Positions 24,690 through 38,500 of a stretch of DNA of 64,000 nucleotides are shown one piece after another. The position numbers and the translations under genes are program-made. The notes beneath the pieces are model-generated. The model was not told the DNA's origin. It was given only the letters and a program-made list of their open reading frames with translations, and did no database searches. The stretch comes from Okamejei kenojei (Eukaryota): the NCBI GenBank assembly GCA_035221665.1, contig CM069154.1, positions 5,890,001-5,954,000 of the forward strand. Reading direction: 5' to 3'. Numbering within the stretch: position 1 is the first letter of the stretch; each line of letters opens with the position of its first letter.

Positions 24690-27600
24690 CCTGATTGTGA
24701 AAGCAGAATGAGACTGATGATAAAATCAGAAACTTTAGAATTTGAAGTTGTCTCAGTTAAAGTTAGTTCTGTTTAGTTTAGTAACCAGGCCCTTTGGCCC
24801 ACCGACTCCATGCTGATCAGCAATCCGCGCACATTAACACTATCCTACACACACTAGGGAAAAGGTTTTACTTTTACCAAGCCAATTTACCTACATACCT
24901 GTATGTTTTTGGAGTGTAAAATAAAAGTAATTCAATTATCAGTTGACTGATGAAAATAGTCCAGCCTTTTATTTTTATAGTTTTTACTTTTAGAGATACA
25001 GTGTGGAAATGGGCCCTGCGGCCCACCGAGTCCGCACCGACCAGCGATCACCCCGTACACTAGCACTATCCTACACTTTAGAAACAGTTTACAATTTTTC
25101 TTACCAAAGTCAATCAACCTACAACCCTGTACGTCTTTGGGATGTAGGTGGAAACCGGAGCACCCGGAGGAAACCCATGCAGTCACAGGGAGAACGTACA
25201 AGCTCTCCAGACAGCACCCGTAGTCAGCATCGAATCAAGGTCTCTGGTGCTGTGAGGCAGCAGCTCTACCGCTGCTCCACTGTCCCACCCCTAACAGTGA
25301 AGTCAAGCCAAATTTATTGTGATGCGCACAAGAGCAGCGAGGCACAGGTACAATGAAAATCTTACTTTCAGCAGCATCACAGGCACATATCAAAAACATG
25401 TTTTAAGTAAAGCTAAATTCAACATAAATTCACTCTTGCTGTTGTTAGTGTTGCAGCAATTAATTGCATGCTTACTGCAGGTACAGCTCTGTGGAATATC
25501 AGTAAACCAGACTACATCAAGCTTGGATAGACACAAAATGCGGGAGTAACTCAGCAGGACAGGCGGCAACTCTGGAGACAAGGAATCTCCTGAGATGCTG
25601 CCTGTCCTGCTGAGTTACTCCAGCATGTTGTGTCTATCTTTGATTAAAATCATCATCTGCAGTTCCTTCTTATACATAAAGCTTGGATTATATTTACCTC
25701 TTGGCTGAAGGCCTGTGCTAACGATCCTTCTCATATTTTAGACACCCCCATGTATACATCACACTGTCTCATCCCATCTGTTACTGAAATTCATATCCAG
25801 TGTGTTGGCTGTTCCTGTGGTCTCTTGTGTAAGTTATCATCTTCCTACCACCAAAAATTTAAGATCATCCAAATATCAGAATGCACACTTAACAGCACTC
25901 GGTAAACTCAATTTATAGAAGCGATACAGCATGGAAAAGGCCCTACGGAACACAGAGTCCCACACCGACCACTTTCGCATCCACTCCCTACACACGAGGG
26001 TGAATTTGCAGAGGGCCAATTAACCTACAAACCCACACGTCTTTGGGATGTGGGAGGAAATCCACGCACCCGGAGGAAACGAACATTGTCACAGGGAAAA
26101 AGTGCTAACTCCACACAGACAGCACCCAAGGTCAGGATCGAACCCGGGACTCGGATGCTATGAGGCAGCGGCTCTACCTGCTGTGCCAACATGTGATTGT
26201 CTGACATATCCTTCAACTTACCTTGCAAGCAAGAACAAGGATTGAACCCTGGTTAGCAGCATGGGAGCTGCATGCTTGCAAACTGGCAAGCAAACTGCAG
26301 AGTTAAGTCTATGGTCCTTCCTCCCCGATGGTTTTGTAAGCCGACTGTGAACATCCTTCCTTGGGTGGCGGTGGGAAGGGCTCCCCAGTCAGATCCTTGT
26401 TGCATTGCGTTGTGTTGTACAACCACAGAGCTACACAAGGCAACTGTGCTCTGGATGAAACTGTTATCCATCTACTTCTGGAGTGTGCAATTGGCAAGAA
26501 AACGTTATTGATACAGCGTGGAAACAGGCTCTTCTACCCACTGAGACTGCGCTAACCAGTATACAATTTACTCTGCAAATTAACCTACAAACCCTGTATG
26601 TCTATGGCGTGTGGGAGGAATCCGGAGCACCCAGTGAAAACCCATGCGGACACAGGGAGAACGTACAAACTCCATACAGACAGCACCTGAAGTCAGCATC
26701 AAACCTGGGTCTCTGGCGATGTAAGACAGCAAGTCTACCACTGTGCCACTGTGTTCTACCTGAAACCCACTGACCTGCCAGGGCAAGGCGCTCTCCCTTA
26801 CTGAATACTTGAGAACCAGGGGACATAGTTTGAGAACCAGAGGACACAGGTTTAAGGTAAGGGGGAAAGATTTAATAGGAACCTGAGGGAATCTGGACAA
26901 GATAGTTTTACAGAGATATGACCAAATTTCTTTAGTCAGAGGGTGGTGAATTTGTGGAATTTATTTCAACAGACAGCTGTGGATATTTTTTAGGCAGAGA
27001 TTGGCAGATTCCTGATTAGTGGGGGTGTCAGGGGTTATGGGGAGAAGGCAGGAGAAGATAGATCAGCCATGATTGAATGGCGGGCTTGATGGGCCGAGAG
27101 GTCTAATTCTGCACTTAGAACTTATGAACTTATGAACATTGTATGTTTGTAGGTTTCTGCTGCAGTCATATTCTGAAAAAAGTAACTCCAGTCTGAAATT
27201 GGGTCCTGACCTGAAATGTCATCTGTCCATTTCCTTTCAGAGATGTTGTTTGACCCACTGAAGTGTATTTTTTGTGTTTAGCTCAACTGCTCACATTAAC
27301 AGGAAGCACGTTGACCACAGCAAGATGCAGCTCACACTCAATGTTTCATTCCATAACACGTGTTTGTACTTTGACTGGAAATGTGTTCAAAACAAATAAA
27401 TGTGTATTATTGGGTGAACAAATTAATGAACAAATATGTCAGGCCCCATTTGGTCCTTCATAACTACATCATGCATTAAAATCATAGCTTATCCTTCATC
27501 ATGTCAATATCCAGTACTAGTTATATTTCCATAGATCCTTTAATATCTAAGAAACAATTGTTCCCAGGCTAGATTGTATTGGAGTCATAGAGTCATACAA

Positions 27601-29232
27601 CGCAGAAACAGGCCCTTCGGCCCAAATTACCCCTCCTCACTGCGTCTGGACAATTGAGCCAAGGAAAACCTCATCCCTTCACCTGCGCTCTCCTGCTCTG
27701 TAAGAACTTTACATATTTCGAACAGTACCTCTAGAGTTGAGAAGGCGTCCTGTAGCAATGCTGCTAAGACCAGCATTTCCAATCGAACTTTCTTCTGCTA
27801 CAGCAATTGTCTTTTTTGTGGGATGGTTTCTGTGGTCATGACAGTTGAATCTTCTTGGTTTAGGATCTCACCCAGAAATGTGCAGTTCAGGCAGTGATGT
27901 ATTCTACCAGTTGGCACTGAGATGCTCGTAGGTCGTGTGCTCATGTACTGAGGAGGGACGTTGTAGATGGGAACATATCACGTGGACTCTGGGCTTGTTT
28001 TCAGAAAAAAATATTTTAATTTCAAATTGGCCAACTTTGGTTACACATGTCCTGGGGCAGATGCCCTCAGATACAAAGCATTCATTGCCTTTTACACAAC
28101 CACATCTACATTACCATCCTCCCCTACCTCTACCTTGCATTCTCAGTGAGTATAAAAGAAAACAGAATTCATGTATATTGCTCTGTTGTGCTGCTGCAAG
28201 TACATACTGTATGACAATAAAACACACTTGACTCACTTCTTGCACTGTAATAGGCTATAAAAGCTATGAATAGTTCTGCAGTTCCACGCTTCATTACTCC
28301 CCTCCATCTGCCCATTTCCCCTTGGCTGCGCAGTATTTAGGGATGGGCTCACGTAAGAACATTTTATTTATAACTGGTCAATGAGGAGGGTAAAATCCAG
28401 TCTTGACCAAGTTTCAGTGAGGCCCTTTACCCAGGCTTGAGGATCATTTTACCTTGTGCTTATCTGCCTTAGCCCACCATCCACTTGAACCCATTTTGTT
28501 GCTTGATCCATTGCCTCTTTACGGACTTGATCCCACAATGTTTTGGTCCAGAGACAATGGGTTGTGGTGTGCATAGGCTGACCCTTGCAAGGAATGATGA
28601 TGGGAGGGTTGGGGAACTTGTGGGTGGAGGGAATGAGAGTGGGTATTACAGGAATGGGAAGCAGTGCCATTTTATCATTTGTATGCATGATCTAGGCTCA
28701 TTCATTATACTGGCGGATGAAAGAGATTGGTGAAGGGAGTGGAATTCATAAGGTTATTAGTGATAGGAGCAGGCAATTTGGCCCATCAAGGCTACTCCAC
28801 CATTCAATCATCGCTGATCTACCTCTCCCTCCTAACACCACTCTCCTGCCTCCTCTCCATCACCCCTGACACCTGATGAATTGAATAAAACCGCTCAGAA
28901 AGAGCTTCACAAAGTATAGCTATAAAAAGATGCTGGTTTATACCAAAGACAAACCCAAAATGCTGGAGTAACTCAGATGGTCAAGAAACATCTCTGGCAA
29001 AAATGGATTGGTACCATTTAAGGTCAGGACCTTTCTACAGACCATCCGAAGAAGGGTCCCAACCTCAAAGGCCACCTGTCCATTTTCTCCAGAGATGCAG
29101 CCAGACTTGCTGAGTTACTCCAGCACTTTGTGTCCATCTTTGACAAAGTATAAAGCAGATTAACGCAGTGTAATCAGAATGGAGTGGTAAAGCAAGTATT
29201 GCCAAAAACTCACACCGAATTAAAAATCTCTC

Positions 29233-29508
29233 CTAAGAAACAACAGAGGCATAAATTGTCTCAGAGTTCTCTGGAGTCCCAGTAGAGTGGGGTTTCCGAA
29301 TGCCCTTTGGGCAGTTGCGATGAAAATTGACATCTGCATAGACAACAGCATTGTCAGTCACATGGTGCCTTGATCTCGACTTCCTTTGACAATTCACCAC
29401 TGCGTACGTGATTCCACCTTCATTGTTATCCAAATGGTCAGGTGCCCTGTTGTTTCCAAGTTGCTGCAGATTTGAATAAACGTGGTTCCCTTCCAACACT
29501 GCCATTTC
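29233..29508 (-). CDS. Gene B terminal exon with ITIMs (ITYAVV, VVYADV), ITSM (TIYASV) and a YSNL tyrosine
   Basis: ttacattttag| phase 0; ORF 29233-29505 ends in TAG; motifs fit (I/V/L/S)xYxx(L/V) and TxYxx(V/I). Confidence 0.9.
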   Translation of the reverse strand, partial: EMAVLEGNHVYSNLQQLGNNRAPDHLDNNEGGITYAVVNCQRKSRSRHHVTDNAVVYADVNFHRNCPKGIRKPHSTGTPENSETIYASVVS

Positions 29509-32500
29509 CTAAAATGTAACAAAATTCAATTTTACAACCTAATATATCTGATGGGTGCTCAACAGATGTCTATTGCAAAATAGGTCTCAAAGTGTTCAGT
29601 GTACAGAACAAGCCATTGCTGCTGTTTACAGCACAAAGATAGTGCAGCAATGTGGAGCAATGATAGAGTTGCTGCCTAACAGCGCCTACAACAGGTTAGT
29701 AGGTTAATTGGTTTGGCATAATAGCAAATTGCCCCTAGTGTGTGCAGGATAGTTTAGTGTGCGGGGGTCACTGGTCGGGGTGGACTCTGTGGGCCCAAGA
29801 TCCTGTTTCTGCGCTGGAGTGGACTGGTGTTGCTAAATGGCCTGTGTATACACACATAATTCAATATTATATATTCTTCATCACTCAGATAATTTATATT
29901 TCACGTTTTTACCTGGATGTCATTGTTCTCTTCACCGTGTGATGTATTGCAATTGGATTCTGGAAAATATGTTGTCAATAGGGCCATATCAGGAACGGGT
30001 TTAAACATCATTCATTCATATATTTCATTCATTTGTTCTATGTACCTTCTATATCTCTCATTTCCCTTTCCCCTGACTCTCAGTCTGAAGAAGGGTCTCG
30101 ATTCGAAAAGTCACCCATTCCTTTTCTGCAGAGATGCACCCTGAACCGCTGAATTGCTTGAGCATTTTGTGTTTATCTTCAGTATAAACCACCATCTGCA
30201 GTTCCTTCCAATACACTGAAACATCTACGTGTTGTTTCCACGACATTATATTTAGGAGAACCCGAAAAGTACTGCTGTATATTTGCATGAACGGAGCAAA
30301 AATCTGTCCTGTTGTTCTGGTTACTGTACATATTGTTCAGAATGGATCATATTCCCTCTGCTCTACCCATCCCTCCCGAAAGCTGCCTAAACCTACTTGA
30401 TCTCCTGGTTGCTCAACCCTTTAACTACCATTCTCATTCCCACACTAACATTATTGTCCTGGGCCTCCTCCGTTATCAGAGTGAGGCCCAGCGCAATTTG
30501 GAGGAACAGCACCTCATATTTCGCTTGGGCAATTACACCCCAGTGGTATGAATATTGACTTCTCTAGCTTCAAGTAGCCATTGCTTTCCCTCTCTCTCCA
30601 TCCCCTCCCCATTCCCAGCTCTTTGTCCAGTCTTACTGTCTCCGACTACATTGTATCTGTGTACTACCCACTCCCCTGACATCTGTATGAAAAGGGTCTT
30701 GACCCGAAACGTCACACATTCCTTCTCTCCAGAGATACTGCTTGTTCCGTTGAGTTACTCCAGCATTTTGTGTCTATCGTCCTAAACTTATCTGCTCCAG
30801 CAGGTTTTCATAAGTTCAGTAAGTGATAGGAGCAAAATTATGCTATTCGGCCCATCCATCTAATCCACAATTTATTCATGGCTGATCTATCTCTCCCTCC
30901 TTACCTCTTTCTCCTGCCTTCTCTCTACAATCCAGGACACCTGTACTAATCAAGAATCTATCTAGCCATCTATGCCTTAAAAATATCTATTGACGAACTC
31001 CATGGCATTCTGTGGCAAAACATTCCACAGATTCATCACCCTGTGACAAAATAAATTCTTCCTCATCGCCATCCTAAAGGAATGTCCTTTAAATCGGAGT
31101 TATGACCTCTGGCCCCAGACTGTCCCAGTAGTGGAAACATCCATTCTACATCCACTCTATCCAGGACTTTCACTATTTGATGTTTCAATGGGTTCCCCCC
31201 CTCTTTTCCCTCTTACCCTGTTGTAATAGATCTTGGATCTGAAATATTTACTGTTTTACTTTCCACTAATGCTCTCTGACTGAGAAAAGCTCAGTGAACT
31301 TTCACATTTTCATCGGCGGTGGAGATAGTTGGTAGCTTCAAGTTCATGGGTGTTGACATCTAGGATTACCTGTCCAGGCTAGACCTACCCTGCCTCAACT
31401 ACCTCCTCTGGCAGCTCCTGCCATATACCCATCGCCCTCTGTGTGAGGCAGGTATGTTGTACATTGTCTATGTCCCTGTGAGGCTGCAGGCGTGATCTTC
31501 ATTGTAACTGTACTTCATCATGCTTGTGCATGTGACAATAAACACGACTTAACCTGATTTGAAATACAACAGCTAATCACAGAAAGCATATTCTAACAAC
31601 TGAGAGGATGGGAGTATATATGTAAATCTTACTTCCACCTGGCCTCTTAGTTCTCACACATCTCTGCCATTTCACACTCAGACAGTTTCTGTACGGTGAT
31701 GTTAAAAGAACAGTTTATGTCACCGAGTCATCATGATAGCATCAAACATGATAGCATTATTGATCATTCATGCCTCCCTCCTACATTTTAATTCATTAAT
31801 GCTGGGCATTTGTTGATTACAACAGAATAAAAATATCTTGACATTCTGCAAGGAACTGAGACATGTATTGCGAAATTATTTAAGGGAAATCTGAAACTCA
31901 CCCTTGGATTTACGCTTTCGGTACCAAAGGAAGGCAATGATGAGAATCAGGACAAACACAGTGACACCAGACACAAATATGTAAGTGATCCTGTTGGACA
32001 TAGAATAGGGAAGGGTGAGATATGGCTCATCATTGATTCTTGGCCTTTAGTAAAGAACAAAAGTCAAGCATTCATATGGCACCTTTCATACATTTTTTGC
32101 AGTGTGCAACAAAGGAAATGAAGTGTAGAGTCGGTGGGTAATGCAGCAGCTAATCTGCTCACATTAAGATGACATTGACCAATGATCGTGAAACTGGTTG
32201 AAGATCAATTGCGTCCAAACATTAAGGAACAATGGATGGGAACCGTAACACTTTTATTGCAATGATTACTTTAGTTTAGTTCAGCTGAGTTTGGTTTAGT
32301 TTAGTTTATATTAGTTTAGTTTTTATTTGAGTATAACTTTCAAAATGTAAACCCTAACCCTAACCCTAACCCTAACCCTAATTCTATAAAAGATTTCAGG
32401 AGTTAATGGTCCCACGATTACTTAAATTATATAGTTATGCTTTTACTGAAAATAAATTACCAGAAACTTTAGCAGAATCTACAATTACGATTATACCAAA

Positions 32501-35500
32501 AAAAGATAAAGATCTAGAAGATCTGGGCTCGTATAGAGCTATATCACTTTTAAATACAGATCAAAATTTTTTAGCAAAGATTTTAGCAAGAAGATTGAGT
32601 AAATATATTAATAAATTGATAAACCAGGACCAAACGGGGTTTATACCTAAAAGACAATAATTTAACAATTTGAGACGACTTTTTAATATAATGTATTCAC
32701 ATAAAGGGGAAAAGGAAGACTTATCAGTTATATCTTTGGATGCAGAGAAAGCATTTGATCAGGTAGTGTGGCAGTATTTATACATAGTACTCCAAAAATT
32801 TAATATGGGAGATAATTTTATTAGATCGGTAAAATTATTATATGATAAATCAATGGCAAGAATATTAACTAATAATATGTTGTCTCCAAAATTCCAATTA
32901 TCACAGGGCAATAGGCAGGGATGTGTTTTATCACCCCTGCTATTTGCCCTTATGATAGAGCCTCTGGATGAAAGGATAAGAACACATCCGAATATTCAGG
33001 GATATAATACTAAGGACTCTAATAACAAAATTTCATTATATGCGGATGATATACTTTTATATATTAGAAATTCAGAAACGAGTATCCCGAATTTACTAAA
33101 CGTAATAGAGGAATTTGGCTCTTTTTCTGGATATAGAATAAATTGGAATAAAAGTGAAATTATGTAATTACAGCCCCAGAAAGCGAATCATCTATAAAAA
33201 TTTACATTTAAAATTGCAACGGAAAAATTTAAGTATTTAGGTACTAGAAGATATAAATCATTATTTAATGCTAATTTTAGTCCTTTGTTAAATAAATTGA
33301 ACGCTCTGATTAAATTTTGGAAAACGCTCCCACTATCATTAATTGGCAGAATAAATGCTATAAAAATGATAGTTCTACCACAAATAATATATTTAATTCA
33401 ATCCATCCCAATATATATACCAAAATATATATTTTTTTAAACTAGACTCTAATATTACTAATTTTATATGGGACTACAAAGCACATAGAATTAAAATAAA
33501 TTATTTGTGTAAACCTAAAGATGTAGGGGGACTTGCACTGCCTAATTTTTTTATATTATTATTGGGCAATGCATATTAAGAATATCATTTATTGGTTGGA
33601 CTGTCCTTCTCAACAGATGGAATGGATAAGAATGGAGAAAGAGGATTGTTTTCCTTATGATTTAGGAGCGATCCTCTTCTCCCCGATAAAATTGAATAAT
33701 ATATTATATAAGACTCCAATTATACACAATATAATTCGAATTTGGAAACAAATAAAATTAACTTTAAAATTAATAAATTTATCATCATTAACACCAATAG
33801 TGAATAATCCGGTATTTAAACCATCTTTTTTGGATAAAGCATATAGACAATGGGAAAGATTGGGAATTAAAAAGTTGGGTGACATGTATGAAATGGGAAA
33901 TTTATTATCATTTCAACAATTAAAATCAAAATTTAATCTGAATAATAACCAATACTTTAAACATTTACAGATATGTGACTTTATAAAAAAATATATACCA
34001 AGACTACAGAGCATAATGATAGACCCACTGGAAGAAGCAATGAATATTAAGGTGGACTCACAAAAATTAACATCATATTTATATAATAGTATTCTTAATA
34101 GAGAATTGCCATCAACAGAGGCAATTAGAGAAGACTGGGAAAAAGAATTAATGACAAAAATTTCTAAAGAAACATGGGAGAGGTATTTGATATATATACA
34201 TAAATGTTCGATTAACGCTAGACATAATTTAATTCAATTTAAAATATTACACAGATTATATTATTCAAAAGTTAGGTTGAATACATTTTATTCAAATATT
34301 TCTCCCATCTGTGATTAATGTCTTTCTCAAAATGCCAATATTACACATTCTTTCATTTCTTGCACAAAACTTCAAGGATTTTGGTGTGATATATTTGATA
34401 TATTCACTAGTTTATTTAAGATAAAAATGGAACCTAGCATGGGAAATGATTATCTTTGGAGTAATAGGAGATGGAAACAAATTAAATATATCCCAAATTT
34501 CATTTTTTGATTATGGTTTAATAACAACAAAAAAACATACTTAAATTTTGGAAAAAGGCTACTATACCAACACTCAAAATGTGGATTGGTAATATGTTGG
34601 AAACTGCCCATTCGGAAGAAATTAGACTCCTCCCAATAGAAAAAAAAGAACAATTCTTAACGAGTTGGTCTCCATTTATTGACCTTGTGGATTCATGTGG
34701 TTCAATAGCATCGTAAAATTAAAAATTCTGGGTTTGGGTGAAAAATGATTAAGAATATAAAAAAGCATCGACTTGTGGCGAGGGAGAATCTCCTTTCTGC
34801 TTTACTTTCTCACTTATTTCTTTTCATTACAACACACTCACTAGACTTTCCTTTACTCTTCACTACTTCTTTCTTTCTCATTTCTTTCTAAAAAAAAAGG
34901 AAGTTGTACAAAGAATGTTTTAATAATTCTGAGAACCTGTAAAAAGGTACCATCAAAATGTAACGTACTTACTTCTAATTAAAAAAATTTAAAAAAATTA
35001 AAAAAGATGAGTTTAGTTTTGATTAGTTTAGTTTAGAGATACAGCATGGAAACAGGCCTTTCGGCCTACCAAGTCTGCATCGGCCAGCAATCCCCATACC
35101 CTAGATCTACCCAAAACATTAGAGACAATTTACCTACAAACCTGCACATCTTTGGAATGTGGCAGAAAACTGGAACACCTGAAGAAAACTCACGTGGTTA
35201 CTGAGAGAACGAATAGACTCTAAAGACAGCAACCGTAGTCAGGATCGAACACAAGTAGTGAGGGAGCAAGTCTACCGCCATCCCATCATATCACTGAGTT
35301 TTCATATCTGACAGCCATCATGTAGCCCCCCCCCCCCCCCCTTCACCCCCCCCCCCCCCCCCCCCCCCTCAGTACAGCCGTGGTGTGGTATCCGGGGGAT
35401 TTACCAAAATATTTGCAGCTATCTTTGAAACAGCCACGTTGTGAACATGGTTCTACAACCCTGTTCCAACCTCGGCGGAAAGAACACCATGGCGTCTAGG

Positions 35501-38500
35501 GTCACGTTCTAGGTGGAGAAACGTTCCTGCTGTTGGAGTGACTGACATTGAGACACTGACCAACTCTGCAAGGTGTTGCCATATGTGATATCAAAGGTGG
35601 TGTTTTAGACCAACATTCACTATGCATTTTCCTATCAGTACCACACCAGAACAGGTCATAGCAAGGCAAAGCAGCAATACTTGTGTTTGGCAACTTTACT
35701 CATCTCACACCATGGGATGAGGTTAGCAATGGAGAATACCATTGGTGAATACCTCAGGGAATGCCCTCTGAAGGGCAACAAATGGAGGAATCTGTTCTTA
35801 TCACCCAAGCATATACACAACACATTGAGATATAATCCAGTGCAATTTCCCTTCTGGTGAGTTAACTAATATCTGGTTTGCAAGTTATATATGTATTATT
35901 ATAGAATAAGGTCATAAGGAATACGAGTAGAATTAGGGAATTTGGCCCATCAAGTCTACTCCGCCATTCAATCATGGCTGATCTATCTCTCCCGCCTAAC
36001 CCCATTGTCCTGCCTTCTCCCCATAACCTCTAACACCCGTACTAATGAAGAATCTAGCTACTTATGCCTTAAAAATATCCACTGACTTGGCCTCCACAGA
36101 ATTCTGTGGCAAAGAATTCCATAGATTCACCACCCACAGACTAAAGGAATTTATCCTCATCTCCTTCATAAAAGAACATCTCATTCTGAGGCTAGAACCT
36201 CTAGTCCTAGAATCTCCCACCGGTGGAAACATCTTCTCCACATCCACTCTACCCAATTCTTTCACTATTCTGTATGTTTCAATGAGGTCCCCCATCATTC
36301 TTCTAAACTCTTGTTTAGAAGAATGTTTGAGAGATAAATTTATCTTTTAATGTCAGTCTTGAAATATGTACAAAGGCATTGGTTATGTTTCCTGATATTT
36401 GGGTTCATCGGATCCATAGAGAAACACAGTATGGAAACAGGCCATTTGGTCCTTTATGTCTGCGCTGACCATTAGCCACATTCACACAAATGCTGTGGGA
36501 AGAAGAGTGGTCTAGATAGTTGTGGGAGTCAGTAGGTTTATAATAGACATCAGTCGATAGTCTTTCTCCTCTGGTGAAGACAATGAGATCGAGAAAGGGG
36601 AGGGAGATGTTGGAGATGGTCCAAGTGCATTTGAGTGGCGGATGGAGAGCAGGAGACCATTCTCTCTGCAACCCTGCTGAATGGCTCAATTCTACTCCTA
36701 TTCCTTATAACATTATGACCTATACTTCCCTGGTTATCTCATTCTTTCCCATCCAAACCACCTCCTCCCCAATATCTTCCCCTTCAACCATAGGAAATGC
36801 AACATCTGTCCCTATACCTCCTCCCTTGACTCTGTCCAAGGACCTCAATTATCCTTTCGGGTTAGAGTTAATTTGAACCTCCTCCAACCTCATCTACTGT
36901 ATGAGGTGTGGACTCTTATACATCAGCAGGACCAAACGTTGACTGGGCGATCATTTCACTGAACATTTAGCTCAGTCCTCCTCTCACTATATGATCTCCC
37001 AGTTGCTAAACACTTTAACTCCCTCTCCCATTCCCGCACTGACCATTCTGATCTGGGCTTCCTCCATTGTCAGAGTGAGGCCAAATGCAAATTGGAGGAC
37101 CAGCACCTCATACTTCGCTTGGGCAGCTAACTGCACAGCAGTATAAATGTTGATATCTCTAACTTTAAATAACCCTTGCATCCCCTCTCTCTCTGTCTCT
37201 CCCCCACCCTAGTCGTTGTATGCATTTCACTGTTGTCTTGTAGTGTCATATTGTCTGTGCAAACCGTTTTCACCTAGTCCACAGTTAACAATGGATCTTT
37301 TCCTTGATCATTGTTACTTTTTTGCATATGTTTCATTCATTGTTTTATACCTTTCTATATCACCGTCGATATCGCTCTCGTTTCCCTTTCCCCTGACTCT
37401 CACTCTGAAGAAGGGTCTCAACCTGAAACGTCACTTATTCCATTTCTCCAGAGACGCTGACTGACCCGACGAGTTACTCCAGTTGTTTGTGTCTATATTC
37501 AGTTTAAACCAGCATCTGCTGTTCCTTCCTACACAATGAAAGGCAAAATATGCAGAACACACATAGACGGCACCTAAGTTCAGGGTCTTGGCATTGTGAG
37601 ACTGTGGTTCCACTGGTTGTGCCACTGTACATACAAATCAATACTCCAACTGGCCTTTAATGCCAGTGAATGGAAGATACAACTTTCTCTCAATTGAAGC
37701 AATCCCAATCAAAACACCAGTAATTAGTACATCATTCATTGGAAACAGAGTAGTTTACCTTGAAGATAGACAAAAGTGCTGGAGAAACTCAGCGGGTGCT
37801 GCAGCATCTATGGAGCGAAGGAAATAGGCAACATTTTGAGCCGAAACCCTTCTTCAGACCCACCATCAGTCTGAAGAGGGGTGTCAGCCCGAAACGTTGC
37901 CTATTTCCTTCGCTCCATCGATGCTGCCGCACCCGCTGAGTTTCTCCAGCATTTTTGTCTACCTTCGATTTTCCAGCATCTGCAGTTCATTCTTAAACAG
38001 TTTACCTTGACGTATACTTGGATCTTTTCGAAGTTTCACAAGAATATTCAAGTCCTGTTGGAACAAGGAAATAAAAATCATTTCACTGCTTTTCACTTGC
38101 AGTTGAACAAGAGAGCATGCTTGTCCGATGTAAGGAGTTTATAGGCAATGTTTCTTCAGTGTAATTTACAGCAAATGGGAGATGTTGTCATGATAAGCCG
38201 GAGCACTAGTTACAACTCAGGTCGGCAACAGTATGGCGGCGCAGTGGCACAGTGGTAGAGTTGCTGCCTTACAACGAATGCAGCCCGGGTTCGATCCTGA
38301 CCACGTATGGAGTTTTTACCTTCTCCCCATGACCTGCGTGGGGTTTCTCCGAGATCTTCGGTTTCCCCCCACACCCCAAAGACGTACAGGTTTGTAGGTT
38401 AAATGGCTTGGTAAATGTAAAAATTATCCCTAGTGAGTGTAGGATGGTTAATAATGTGCGGGGATCACTGGTCATCACCGACCCAGATGGCCGAAGGGCT

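Noticed and set aside
27640-28700. Apparently unique sequence between genes A and B
   Set aside because: No phase-consistent exon or recognisable protein motif found; probably decayed repeat
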